A DNA stretch of 32,000 nt from Nitrosopumilus maritimus SCM1. Lineage in GTDB: Archaea > Thermoproteota > Nitrososphaeria > Nitrososphaerales > Nitrosopumilaceae. Shown here piece after piece: positions 18,944-28,307 of the stretch. How positions within the stretch are numbered: position 1 is the first letter of the stretch; each line of letters starts with the position of its first letter. A program made the translations under genes and the position numbers. The stretch spans positions 60,001 through 92,000 of the forward strand of contig NC_010085.1 of the NCBI RefSeq assembly GCF_000018465.1, written 5' to 3'. The notes below the pieces were generated by a model. That model made no database searches. It saw only the letters and a list, made by a program, of their open reading frames with translations, and had not been told where the DNA came from.

Positions 18944-19882
18944 ATGTCATGTATTGATGTTAATCATCTATCAAAATCATATGGCTCCCTAAAAGCAGTA
19001 GATGATATTGTTTTATCAGTAAAACCTGGCCAAGTATTTGGATTTTTAGGCCCAAATGGTGCTGGAAAATCAACTACTATCAAATTACTCACAACTCTGA
19101 TTCCTCCCTCAAACGGCTCCCTTGAGATATTGGGAATCGATGCAATCAAAAATCCATTAGAAATACGCCACAAAATTGGAGTAGTCTTACAACAACCTAG
19201 CTATGAGCCCACCTTGTCTGTTGAAAAATCCCTTGACAAGTATGGAATGATGTGGGATGTTCCCAAAATTCAACGTAAGGAAAGAATGGAACAACTCATG
19301 AAAGATTTTGACCTAGTTGAGATCAGAAAAAAAAGAAATGAAGATTTGTCTATTGGTCAGCGAAGGCGAGTGCAAGTCGCACGTGAATTCATGCATGATA
19401 TGGATTTGTTATTTTTAGATGAACCTACAGTTGGATTAGATCCTAGTGCAAGACGAAAATTGTTGGATTATTTAAAAAATAAAGTTAAAACTGGATTGAC
19501 AATTTTCTATACCACTCACATTCTAACAGAGGCAGAATATCTCTGTGATGAAATTGCAATTATTGATAAAGGTAAAATTGTAACTGTTGATTCTCCTGAA
19601 GCATTAAAAAGTAAATTTGGAAAAGAAAAAACTATTAAAATTCATTTATTGGAAAAAAACTCTAAAATTCTTGATTTACTAGAAGGAATTTCTGATTGTA
19701 AAATAAATTTTGAATCTGGAACAAATATTGTAATCCATTCTGAACAATCTGAATTAGTTTTGTTAAAAGTTTTGAAAATACTGAATGATAATGACATTGA
19801 GATAGAAGATCTTTCTGCAATTCCAACAAATCTTGAAGAAATATTCCTAAAAATGGTGAGAGAAAATGAATCCAATAATTAG
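18944..19882 (+). CDS. ABC transporter ATP-binding protein (ABC-2/DrrA-type exporter)
   Basis: Walker A GPNGAGKSTT, signature LSIGQRRRVQVARE, Walker B LLFLDEPTVGLDPSARR, H-loop THILTEAE. Confidence 0.95.
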   Translation: MSCIDVNHLSKSYGSLKAVDDIVLSVKPGQVFGFLGPNGAGKSTTIKLLTTLIPPSNGSLEILGIDAIKNPLEIRHKIGVVLQQPSYEPTLSVEKSLDKYGMMWDVPKIQRKERMEQLMKDFDLVEIRKKRNEDLSIGQRRRVQVAREFMHDMDLLFLDEPTVGLDPSARRKLLDYLKNKVKTGLTIFYTTHILTEAEYLCDEIAIIDKGKIVTVDSPEALKSKFGKEKTIKIHLLEKNSKILDLLEGISDCKINFESGTNIVIHSEQSELVLLKVLKILNDNDIEIEDLSAIPTNLEEIFLKMVRENESNN

Positions 19883-20627
19883 ACTAGTAAACAGAAATCT
19901 TACAATTTCCTTAAATCCTGGATTTTTAATTTGGCAGGTAATCTTTCCTTTGATCTATATCTTTGTAGCAGGTTTTGCATATGCACCATTAATTCAAAAT
20001 GTGCCATTTGGTGCAAAAGATCTTGATTATCCAGCATTTCTTGCATCAGGTATGATTGGATTCAACATAATGAATAGTACCTTAGTTTCTGGAATCATAA
20101 TCTGGAATGATCGAAGACATGGAATGTTTGAACAAATAATGTCTGGCCCATTTACAAGAAGTCATTACATTCTTAGCAATATTTGCACTATAGGCATAAT
20201 TGGTTTAGTTAGTGCTTCATTGATTGCTTTAGTAGGGTATCCAGTATTTTTTGAATCTGTAGAATTTTCATTAATTACAATCCCTGTGATTGTTTTTGGT
20301 GCTATTACTGGTTCAGTTTTATTTGGTTCATTGGCATCTATAATTTCAACGAGATTACGTTCTAGTGAAGGATTTAACGTAATCATTAACACAGTCTTTT
20401 TATTTTTTGCATTTGTTAGTTCAGCATTTTACCCTGCTGATAATGTACCTGAGCCGTTACGTACTGCATTTTATCTAAATCCTTTAACCTATCTAGTTGA
20501 TGTAATCCGAGCAGGAATTTTTGGGAATATTACAGAATTTGTTATTGTTGAAATGTTGGTACTTGTCGGAATTGCTTCAGCACTATTTATTGTTGCATCA
20601 AAACTTCTGACTAAATTAGATTTCTAG
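19866..20627 (+). CDS. ABC-2 type transporter permease
   Basis: Multi-TM protein with NTVFLFFAFVSSAFYPADNVPEPLRTAFYLNPLTYLVDVIR; start overlaps the ATPase gene by 17 nt. Confidence 0.92.
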   Translation: MNPIIRLVNRNLTISLNPGFLIWQVIFPLIYIFVAGFAYAPLIQNVPFGAKDLDYPAFLASGMIGFNIMNSTLVSGIIIWNDRRHGMFEQIMSGPFTRSHYILSNICTIGIIGLVSASLIALVGYPVFFESVEFSLITIPVIVFGAITGSVLFGSLASIISTRLRSSEGFNVIINTVFLFFAFVSSAFYPADNVPEPLRTAFYLNPLTYLVDVIRAGIFGNITEFVIVEMLVLVGIASALFIVASKLLTKLDF

Positions 20628-20632
20628 AAAAT

Positions 20633-21373
20633 CTAATTATTCTTAAAGTTCTCATACATCTCATTAATTTTTTTAATTACGTCTAAATTTTCATACTCAA
20701 TTAAACTAAGATTTGGTATAACACAATGTCCTCCGATTATTCCTGGATACATTTTTGGTCTATTTCCTAAATTCTCATGTATTTCATCTGCAAATTTCCA
20801 CATTTCATCAAAATCGATTCCTTCCTTTTCACAAATCATCTTTGTTATCTGCGCATAATTAATGAGCCATCCATAATACGATGTATCAACTAAGATTTTT
20901 GCAAGTTCACCTGTCTTTGTTGTTGACATCCAATCAACCTTCTGGAATCTTTTTTCTAAATCTAATTTGATGTCAGGATCGATTTCATTGTTATCTGAAG
21001 CAATAAATTTTGTATATTTTTTGATGTCATCTAAGAATCTTCTATGAACACCCCGAACTGGTGAAAATAAAACTGGAACACTGGATTTTTCTTGTATGTT
21101 TTTTGTAGTACCTGGTCTTACAGTAGAATGTACAATTATTGCCTTTAGATCTTTTAATTTTGGAATCCAACTTAATGTAATATCTACAAATTCTGTAAGT
21201 TCACCTGGAAGACAAATATGAAGATATTCTGGATTTTTGATTGTATCATTTTCTGAATAATTTTTACATTTTGAAGATTCTATGTCAATACCAACACAAT
21301 CAAAATTTCTTTCCTCTAGTAATCCAAACAGAGTTTCACCTACTTCTCCCATGCCTAATACTATGTCTGACAT
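20633..21373 (-). CDS. NAD-binding UDP-glucose/GDP-mannose dehydrogenase-related protein, short form
   Basis: N-terminal GMGEVGETLF dinucleotide motif; HICLPG...VHSTVRPGTT...SPVRGVH; GELAKILVDTSYYGWLINYAQ; IIGGHCVIPNL. 246 aa, shorter than full-length nucleotide-sugar dehydrogenases. Confidence 0.7.
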   Translation of the reverse strand: MSDIVLGMGEVGETLFGLLEERNFDCVGIDIESSKCKNYSENDTIKNPEYLHICLPGELTEFVDITLSWIPKLKDLKAIIVHSTVRPGTTKNIQEKSSVPVLFSPVRGVHRRFLDDIKKYTKFIASDNNEIDPDIKLDLEKRFQKVDWMSTTKTGELAKILVDTSYYGWLINYAQITKMICEKEGIDFDEMWKFADEIHENLGNRPKMYPGIIGGHCVIPNLSLIEYENLDVIKKINEMYENFKNN

Positions 21374-21438
21374 ATCTAATTTCAGAAAAATACCTCATGC
21401 TATATTCATGTTACAGTTTTTTTATTTTTTAGATAAAA

Positions 21439-21511
21439 TAGCCCGAGGCAGATTCGAACTGCCGTCACGGGCTCCAAAGGCCCATATGCTTGACCTCTAC
21501 ACTATCGGGCT
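21439..21511 (-). tRNA. tRNA-Gln (anticodon TTG)
   Basis: Reverse complement AGCCCGATAGTGTAGAGGTCAAGCATATGGGCCTTTGGAGCCCGTGACGGCAGTTCGAATCTGCCTCGGGCTA folds with 7-bp acceptor AGCCCGA/TCGGGCT, anticodon loop CTTTGGA, and T arm GGCAG-TTCGAAT-CTGCC; discriminator A; no encoded CCA. Confidence 0.95.
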
Positions 21512-21547
21512 GTTAACTCGAGCACGCTAACTCCCTTAATGAACTTT

Positions 21548-22600
21548 TTATTCTAACTTGCCTAAAACTAAACTAATTCCTGATACTCTAATTAATTTAT
21601 CAATAGGGTCTTCCATTTGATTTAGAATCTTTTTTGCTTTTTGTTGATTTAATTGCTTTTTAGATTCAAAAAACTTTGTTATTTGTTTTGAAACCCTCTT
21701 TGGATTTGTTTCTCTTTTAACTAATCGTTTTTTCACCAAAAAATTTTCTATGAGATTTGGAACCGCATTATATGATATTGTAGGAACTCCCATCAATGCA
21801 GACTCTGCAGTCATAGTGCCACCTGAACCAATGAAAACATCTGTATTCTTTAACAAATACTTTCCATCAAATGACATTTTTACAACTTTAGCGTCTTTAC
21901 CTACTTTCTTTTGCAATTTTTGAATTTGTTCTGTATATCTACCCAAAATAACAATATTTTCATCACTAAATTGAGAAATTATATTTTCAATAATTGGAAT
22001 GATTTTATTTGATTTTTTAGTATATGCTGCTTCCTCTTCTTCTATTCTTATCAAAATATTCTTTTTATGATTATTTTTAAATGGAAGTCGTACACTTTGA
22101 TTTGTTTTTCTTTTTATTGTGACCGCCGCGTCAATTGATTTGTATGAAATAATATTTTTTTCATTTATGCCAAATTTTGAAAATTCTTTCTTTGGAATTG
22201 TATAAGGGATTAGAAGTTTCTGAATTAATGGTAATGTTAATCTCATCACTGCCTCTGCGTGTGGTGAATCACAAAATGCTATGTGTTTAATTCCTAATCC
22301 GAATGAAATTCTTGCAGCTTCAGGTGAGCAAAAACTAATTACAAGATCTGGTGAAAATGCTTCAATTTTTCTAGTAAGCTTTTCCATTCTCTCAATTCCT
22401 GCTTTTAGTTTGGAATTTTTACTTCCTCCACCATGTTTGCCTACAAAAATCAGGTCAAAATTACGAATTTTTGCTAATTTTGAAACTTCTTCATAATCTC
22501 TAGAAGTACATAAAATCCTGTTTTTTTTACCTAATTTCTCAATTATTGGTTCAGAAAACAATAATTGTTTTGGAGTTAGAATATCTATCCATATTTTCAA
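21548..22600 (-). CDS. DUF354-family protein (glycosyltransferase/epimerase-like fold)
   Basis: MKIWIDILTPKQLLFSEPIIEKLG..., DLVISFCSPEAARISFGLGIKHIAFCDSPHA, GSGGTMTAESALMGVPTISY. Confidence 0.8.
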   Translation of the reverse strand: MKIWIDILTPKQLLFSEPIIEKLGKKNRILCTSRDYEEVSKLAKIRNFDLIFVGKHGGGSKNSKLKAGIERMEKLTRKIEAFSPDLVISFCSPEAARISFGLGIKHIAFCDSPHAEAVMRLTLPLIQKLLIPYTIPKKEFSKFGINEKNIISYKSIDAAVTIKRKTNQSVRLPFKNNHKKNILIRIEEEEAAYTKKSNKIIPIIENIISQFSDENIVILGRYTEQIQKLQKKVGKDAKVVKMSFDGKYLLKNTDVFIGSGGTMTAESALMGVPTISYNAVPNLIENFLVKKRLVKRETNPKRVSKQITKFFESKKQLNQQKAKKILNQMEDPIDKLIRVSGISLVLGKLE

Positions 22601-22663
22601 GTAATTTTCATAATTGAAGTTAGTTCAATAAGTTTTTCTTAGTCTAATCCTAAGCTTAGTGTA

Positions 22664-23803
22664 ATGGGGGGAACAAAAATTGTTGTTTATGGCCTTAGTA
22701 CAGAAGGATACGCCATTGCATCACAAATGGCCATTAAAGGAGCAGATGTTTACATAATTGACGAATCAACCCCATCTGCAATTTCATTAAAAGCAGAGAT
22801 TGCTAAAACATATCCTAATGTTTCATCTCTAAAAGAAGATGAGCCATTATTAGCTATGGAGCCAATTGAAGTAGCAATTTCTAAAGCTCAATACTTGTTT
22901 TTTACCCCAAGAATTAGAAAAACTGGACAAGATATCAAAACTGAAATTCATTCAAAATTCAAGGACGCTACTGCATCTTTAAAGAAAAAGAGCTCTGTTG
23001 TTTTTACTCTTCCTACAGGATTTGGTGGAAATAATGAAAACATTTCTTTACTTGAACATGTTACAGGATTAGAAGTCGGAAAGGATATTTCATATTTTTA
23101 TTATCCTTTGGAAGGTATTGAACAACAACCAAAAATTATTGGTTCCTTTAATGGTAAAAAAGACTCTGTACTATCTGATTTACTAACTACCGGAAAAAAA
23201 GAGAAAAACTTTGTTGCGATTTCATCTTCTGAACATTTTCATGCAATCAATGTACTCTCAAGATTTTCAAGCTTGTGTAGTGTATTGGAAGTTTGTAAAT
23301 ATGCTCAAGATGAAATTACTAAAAATGATCTATCTTCTGATGATTTTCAAGAAATATTCCTTGATGACATGGTAGGAGGTTTACTGGATCTAAAATCTTT
23401 AGGCTCATCTTTTGAAGGTGCAAATACACTCATGTATCTAATTAATGGTAGTGTCAAGGGAATTGATGGTTACATCAAACGATTAATTGATGAAATTCGT
23501 GCAACATTGAAGAAAAATGATCTTAAAGCTAGTAGAACTAAAATCGCATTATCTTGGACACTTGATCAACATTCAATGCGAGGAGATAAAATTGAAATGC
23601 TACAAAATCTAACTTCTAGATTACGTGATTATATTGGTGATGTAGAAGCATATGAAGATCCAAACTTTGATCTATTTCATAGTGATAAAACAACAATTGT
23701 TGTGGCTTGCTCAAAATCTGATTTTACAAATATTGAAAAAACTAAACAAGATTCTGATTTAATTATTGTCAAAGCAAACCCTCTATGCGAAACAATTCAA
23801 TAA
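22664..23803 (+). CDS. Conserved archaeal protein with N-terminal Rossmann-like NAD-binding region, function unknown
   Basis: KIVVYGLSTEGYAIASQMAIKGADVYIID resembles a dinucleotide-binding motif; C-terminal half not recognised by eye. Confidence 0.55.
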   Translation: MGGTKIVVYGLSTEGYAIASQMAIKGADVYIIDESTPSAISLKAEIAKTYPNVSSLKEDEPLLAMEPIEVAISKAQYLFFTPRIRKTGQDIKTEIHSKFKDATASLKKKSSVVFTLPTGFGGNNENISLLEHVTGLEVGKDISYFYYPLEGIEQQPKIIGSFNGKKDSVLSDLLTTGKKEKNFVAISSSEHFHAINVLSRFSSLCSVLEVCKYAQDEITKNDLSSDDFQEIFLDDMVGGLLDLKSLGSSFEGANTLMYLINGSVKGIDGYIKRLIDEIRATLKKNDLKASRTKIALSWTLDQHSMRGDKIEMLQNLTSRLRDYIGDVEAYEDPNFDLFHSDKTTIVVACSKSDFTNIEKTKQDSDLIIVKANPLCETIQ

Positions 23804-23838
23804 TAGTATAAATTAGCTAAACAAGTATTCTGTTTGAA

Positions 23839-24402
23839 TTGTCCAATGATAATGAATCGGATGAAATTCCTGTAAATGTTGTAACTGAGAATAAAGATGA
23901 TGAACCTAAAAAAGAATCTGAATCTTTAGAAACAGTTCAAGAAAATTTTTCAGAGTTATTGGATGCAGAAAAACAAAAAACTTCAGAATGTGAAGAAAAA
24001 TTAAAACATATTTTAGCCGATTTTCAAAATCTTACTAGAAAAACACAATCTGACATTCAAAATGGTGTTAATGCTAAAGTTGATGAATTTCTATTAGATT
24101 TTCTAAAAATCTATGATGATTTCATTCGTGCTAGAGATGTATTTTCTGAAAATAAAATCAACACTGAAGGTCTTGATTCAATTTTAAAAAATATGGATTC
24201 TTTATTGAAAAAATATAATGTAACTGCAATTGATGCGTTGGGGGAAATTTTTGATCCTAATCATCACGAAGCTATATCTGTAATCACTGATCCTGATTTA
24301 GATGACAATACAATTACCAAAGAGATCAGGAAGGGATATATTTCTCAAAACAGAGTCATAAGAACAACATTAGTAGAAATTTCAAAAAAGGATGATAATT
24401 AA
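23839..24402 (+). CDS. grpE: GrpE nucleotide exchange factor
   Basis: Acidic/coiled N terminus; [14 protein letters not shown]...[14 protein letters not shown]...GVNAKVDEF; C-terminal [17 protein letters not shown]; immediately upstream of dnaK. Confidence 0.93.
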   Translation: MSNDNESDEIPVNVVTENKDDEPKKESESLETVQENFSELLDAEKQKTSECEEKLKHILADFQNLTRKTQSDIQNGVNAKVDEFLLDFLKIYDDFIRARDVFSENKINTEGLDSILKNMDSLLKKYNVTAIDALGEIFDPNHHEAISVITDPDLDDNTITKEIRKGYISQNRVIRTTLVEISKKDDN

Positions 24403-24404
24403 AA

Positions 24405-26315
24405 ATGGGCAAAGTAATAGGTATCGATTTAGGAACAAGTAACTCTGCTGCTGCAGTTATGATGGGTGGAAAACCAACAATTATTCCTGCAGCAGAAGGT
24501 CAAACTGCAGCTGGAAAGGCATTTCCATCAGTAGTTGCTTTTTCTAAAGAAGGAGAACTCTTAGTTGGTGAACCTGCTCGTAGACAAGCAGTTACAAATC
24601 CCGATAATACAATTATTGCCGCAAAACGAAAAATGGGTTCTGATTATACCTTTAAAATTCAAGATAAAGAATACAAACCTCAACAAATCTCTTCATTCAT
24701 TCTACAAAAAATAAAAAAAGATGCTGAGGCGTTTGTTGGAGAAACTGTGGAAAAAGCAGTTATTACGGTTCCAGCATATTTTGATGACAATCAACGTCAA
24801 GCAACAAAAGATGCAGGGACAATTGCCGGTCTTGATGTTGTTAGAATAATTAATGAACCAACTGCAGCATCATTGGCATTTGGATTAGATAAAGCAAAAG
24901 AAGACATGAAAATTCTCGTCTTTGACTTTGGTGGTGGTACTCTAGATGTTACTATCATGGAAATGGGTGGTGGTGTTTTTGAAGTAATGAGTACTTCAGG
25001 TGATACACAACTTGGTGGAACTGATATGGATAAAGTTTTGATTGATTACATTGTTGATGAATTCAAGAAAAAAGAAGGAGTCGATCTCTCTCAAGACACA
25101 ACTGCAATGACAAGAATAAGAGAAGCTGCAGAAAAAGCAAAAATTGAATTATCTACTGTAATGGAGACTGATGTTAATCTACCATTTATTGCACATGATC
25201 CATCATCTGGCGCAAAGAATCTTGAATTAAGATTAACCAGATCCAAACTTGATGAATTAATTGGACCTATTGTAGATCGTTGTAAACCTTCTATTCAAAA
25301 AGCACTTGAAGATGCAAAACTCTCAAATTCTGATATTAACAAAATAGTTATGATTGGTGGTCCAACAAGAATTCCATTAGTCAAAAAATTTGTTAGTGAA
25401 GTTATAGGCAAAGAAGTTGAATCTGGTGTTGATCCTATGGAAGCAGTTGCTATGGGTGCTGCAATACAGGCAGGAATTATTGCTGGTGATGTAACCAGTG
25501 ACATTGTTCTACTTGATGTAACCCCATTAACACTGGGAATTGAAACCCTTGGGGGAGTTAGAGAACCTCTTATCGAAAGAAATACTACCATTCCAACATC
25601 AAAAGGCAAAGTGTTTACAACTGCTGCTGATAATCAAACAGCTGTTACCATTCATGTAGTTCAAGGAGAAAGACCTATGGCAACCGATAATGTATCATTA
25701 GGAAGCTTTAATCTTACTGATTTGCCTCCTGCTCCAAGAGGCGTTCCTCAAATTGAAGTAAAATTCGATATTGATGCAAACGGAATCATAAATGTAACTG
25801 CAAAAGATCTTGGTACTCAAAAGGAAGCAAAAATTACTATTGAAACTAAAACTAAACTTTCTGAAGAAGAGATTGAAAAATTAAAAGAAGATGCTGAAAA
25901 ATTCTCTGAAGAAGATAAAAAGAAGAAAGAAAAAATTGATCTCAAAAACGAAGCAGAAAGTTACATTTACACAACTGAAAAGTTGGTCAATCATGATCTC
26001 AAGGATAAAATTTCCCAAGAGCAAGGAATTAAGATCACTGATGCTGTAAAAGAAGTCAAAGAAGTTTTAGACAAAGAACCTGAGGAATTAAAACCAAAAC
26101 TAGAAGCATTACAATCAATAGTAAATGAAGTAACTACCGAACTCTACAAGAACGCTGCTCCTCCACCTGGTGCTGATGGACAACAAGGTGCTGATGGACA
26201 ACAAGGTGCTGATGGACAACAAGGTGCTGATGGACAACAAGGTGCTGATGGACAACAAGGTGCTGATGGACAAACAACAGAATCATCTTCAAATGACGAA
26301 ACAAAAACTAACTAA
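24405..26315 (+). CDS. dnaK: Chaperone DnaK (Hsp70)
   Basis: [51 protein letters not shown]; tandem GADGQQ tail. Confidence 0.98.
   Translation: MGKVIGIDLGTSNSAAAVMMGGKPTIIPAAEGQTAAGKAFPSVVAFSKEGELLVGEPARRQAVTNPDNTIIAAKRKMGSDYTFKIQDKEYKPQQISSFILQKIKKDAEAFVGETVEKAVITVPAYFDDNQRQATKDAGTIAGLDVVRIINEPTAASLAFGLDKAKEDMKILVFDFGGGTLDVTIMEMGGGVFEVMSTSGDTQLGGTDMDKVLIDYIVDEFKKKEGVDLSQDTTAMTRIREAAEKAKIELSTVMETDVNLPFIAHDPSSGAKNLELRLTRSKLDELIGPIVDRCKPSIQKALEDAKLSNSDINKIVMIGGPTRIPLVKKFVSEVIGKEVESGVDPMEAVAMGAAIQAGIIAGDVTSDIVLLDVTPLTLGIETLGGVREPLIERNTTIPTSKGKVFTTAADNQTAVTIHVVQGERPMATDNVSLGSFNLTDLPPAPRGVPQIEVKFDIDANGIINVTAKDLGTQKEAKITIETKTKLSEEEIEKLKEDAEKFSEEDKKKKEKIDLKNEAESYIYTTEKLVNHDLKDKISQEQGIKITDAVKEVKEVLDKEPEELKPKLEALQSIVNEVTTELYKNAAPPPGADGQQGADGQQGADGQQGADGQQGADGQQGADGQTTESSSNDETKTN
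26169..26276 (+). repeat. Six tandem 18-bp units (GGTGCTGATGGACAACAA) inside the dnaK 3' coding region
   Basis: Units start at 26169, 26187, 26205, 26223, 26241 and 26259; the first five are identical and the sixth ends CAAACA. They encode (GADGQQ)5-GADGQT. Confidence 0.97.
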
Positions 26316-26364
26316 TTCTCTAAATTCAACCATTTATACAGTAATTAGAATAAAGGAATGATTC

Positions 26365-27450
26365 ATGTCTGCAAAACGAGATTATTATGAAGTTTTAGGA
26401 GTATCTAAATCGTCTTCAAATGACGAAATAAAGAAACAGTATAGAAAATTAGCATTAAAGTTCCATCCAGATCGAAATCAATCTGCTGAGGCTGGAGAAC
26501 ACTTTAAAGAAATTTCTGAAGCATATGCAGTTCTTTCTGACACTGAAAAAAGACAACTCTATGATCAACATGGTCATGCAGGTGTAGATGGAAGATATTC
26601 CAGTGAAGATATCTTCCAAGGCGCAAGAGGTGATTTTAGCGATATATTTGGCCGTGGAGGTGGCGGATTTGATTCCATCTTTGAATCAATATTTGGCCGT
26701 GGAGGTGGCGGATTTGGATTTGGGCAACAACGCGGTTCTGATATTCTCTATCAAACATCAGTAACATTGGAAGATGTTTTACATGGAAAACAAATGGAAA
26801 TTGAATTACAAAAACAAATTCAATGTGATACATGTAATGGTTCAGGTTGTAAACCTGGAACTGACAAGAAAACCTGTTCTTCATGTAATGGACAGGGCCA
26901 AGTAAGGCAAACACGTAACATGGGATTTGCATCATTTGTTACTGCTGCGCCTTGTTCTTCATGCAGAGGTCAAGGATCAATTATTGAAACACCTTGCGGT
27001 GATTGTAAAGGTCAAGGAAAAAGAAAGGGCACAAAAAAAGTTACATTTGATATTCCACCTGGAATTGATTCAGGTGATTATACTGTATCAAATGAAGGAA
27101 ACGAAGTACCTGGAGGCTCTAATGGTGATCTAATTGTTAGAATTAGAGTACAACCTCATTCTAATTTTAACAGAGATGGAAAAGATATTTTCTATGATCA
27201 AGATGTTTCTATGGTTGATGCAGCATTAGGATGTGAGGTTATTGTTCCAACTTTGGAAGGAACTGAAAAAGTAAAAGTTGATTCTGGAAGTCAACCAAAT
27301 ACAATAATCAAATTAAAAGGAAAAGGTGTACCACACATCAATTCTAGAGGTAGAGGAGATCAGTATGTTCGAATTGTAGTAAATATTCCTAAAAAACTCA
27401 ACAAACATCAAAAAAATCTACTTGATGAATTTAAACAAACTAGTGATTAA
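26365..27450 (+). CDS. dnaJ: Chaperone DnaJ (Hsp40), type I with zinc-finger domain
   Basis: J domain [35 protein letters not shown]-rich linker, and four CxxCxGxG motifs ([32 protein letters not shown]). Confidence 0.98.
   Translation: MSAKRDYYEVLGVSKSSSNDEIKKQYRKLALKFHPDRNQSAEAGEHFKEISEAYAVLSDTEKRQLYDQHGHAGVDGRYSSEDIFQGARGDFSDIFGRGGGGFDSIFESIFGRGGGGFGFGQQRGSDILYQTSVTLEDVLHGKQMEIELQKQIQCDTCNGSGCKPGTDKKTCSSCNGQGQVRQTRNMGFASFVTAAPCSSCRGQGSIIETPCGDCKGQGKRKGTKKVTFDIPPGIDSGDYTVSNEGNEVPGGSNGDLIVRIRVQPHSNFNRDGKDIFYDQDVSMVDAALGCEVIVPTLEGTEKVKVDSGSQPNTIIKLKGKGVPHINSRGRGDQYVRIVVNIPKKLNKHQKNLLDEFKQTSD
26644..26716 (+). repeat. Perfect 28-nt direct repeat in the G/F linker of dnaJ
   Basis: ATATTTGGCCGTGGAGGTGGCGGATTTG occurs at 26644..26671 and again at 26689..26716; encodes two IFGRGGGGF segments. 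Confidence 0.95.
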
Positions 27451-27455
27451 CTGAC

Positions 27456-27989
27456 ATGAAGATTGCATTAGATGTTGATGGTGTACTCGCTGATGTTATA
27501 TTGTCTTGGCTAAATTATAGTAATTCAATTAGACAAGAAATTAAAAAACATGAAATTACTGATTGGGATTTTTGGAAAAAGTTTGAAATTAATCGTTACG
27601 ATTTCTATACTGAATTAAGTTCATGTTGGAAGAATTGGACTTCAATTCCTCCTACTGAAGAAAATCTAACCTCGATCACAAAAAATTTGTCTGATATTGG
27701 TCAGGTAGATATTGTCACCGCAAGAGAACGTTCTACTGATTCTTTTGTAAAGAATTGGCTAAAACACTACGAAATTTCTTATGACAACTATGTTTCAGTA
27801 ATTGATGGTCCTATGAAAGCTGATCTGGATTATGATGTTTTTATTGACGATTCACCATTAAATGCATTAAAATTTCTACAAAATAAGAAAAAAGTAATTC
27901 TATATTCCCAACCTTGGAATCAACATATCACTGAAAAAAATATTCATCGAATTTCAAAACTTTCTGAAGTGATAAAAAAATTAAATTAA
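27456..27989 (+). CDS. HAD-superfamily 5'(3')-deoxyribonucleotidase-like phosphatase
   Basis: ALDVDGVLADV nucleophile motif, DIVTARE, DYDVFIDDSPLNA. Confidence 0.8.
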   Translation: MKIALDVDGVLADVILSWLNYSNSIRQEIKKHEITDWDFWKKFEINRYDFYTELSSCWKNWTSIPPTEENLTSITKNLSDIGQVDIVTARERSTDSFVKNWLKHYEISYDNYVSVIDGPMKADLDYDVFIDDSPLNALKFLQNKKKVILYSQPWNQHITEKNIHRISKLSEVIKKLN

Positions 27990-28156
27990 TTTTTTACAAA
28001 TTTTTTAATATTTACTTGATGTCCTTTTCTTACATGTGATGAGTGTGTTGTTTTTAACAATTCTGAAATTTTATCATCATCATAAAATTTGATATTATAT
28101 CTTCCTAGTACTTTTTTACAATTCATACAATAAACTTCTTTGAATTCCATTTCCAT
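27986..28156 (-). CDS. Small CxxC-containing protein (56 aa, absent from the ORF track)
   Basis: Manual minus-strand translation: MEMEFKEVYCMNCKKVLGRYNIKFYDDDKISELLKTTHSSHVRKGHQVNIKKFVKN*. Single CMNC pair plus three histidines; fills the otherwise empty gap before tRNA-Leu. Confidence 0.6.
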   Translation of the reverse strand: MEMEFKEVYCMNCKKVLGRYNIKFYDDDKISELLKTTHSSHVRKGHQVNIKKFVKN

Positions 28157-28220
28157 TTTGATTGATATTGTTTTTTCAGTATAATAAAGAAACTTATTCT
28201 AGATTTCAAAAATTTCCATT

Positions 28221-28305
28221 GCGGGAGTCGCCCAGCCTGGTCAACGGCGTAAGGTTCAGATCCTTATCTTCTAGGAGTTCGTGGGTTCAAATCCCACTTC
28301 CCGCA
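28221..28305 (+). tRNA. tRNA-Leu (anticodon CAG)
   Basis: GCGGGAG...TTCCCGC acceptor, anticodon arm TAAGG-TTCAGAT-CCTTA, long variable arm, T arm GTGGG-TTCAAAT-CCCAC, discriminator A. Confidence 0.95.
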
Positions 28306-28307
28306 TA

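Noticed and set aside
18944-20627. ABC transporter pair as part of a novel export or defence system
   Set aside because: A standard DrrA-like ATPase plus ABC-2 permease with no associated precursor peptide, biosynthetic or immunity gene nearby.
26169-26276. Possible CRISPR-like or regulatory tandem repeat
   Set aside because: The 18-bp units are directly adjacent with no spacers, are in frame within dnaK, and encode GADGQQ, so this is a coding tandem repeat.
26170-26361. ORF encoding repeated MLMDNKV units on the plus strand
   Set aside because: Alternative-frame reading of the dnaK tandem repeat; the dnaK frame is clearly the real one.
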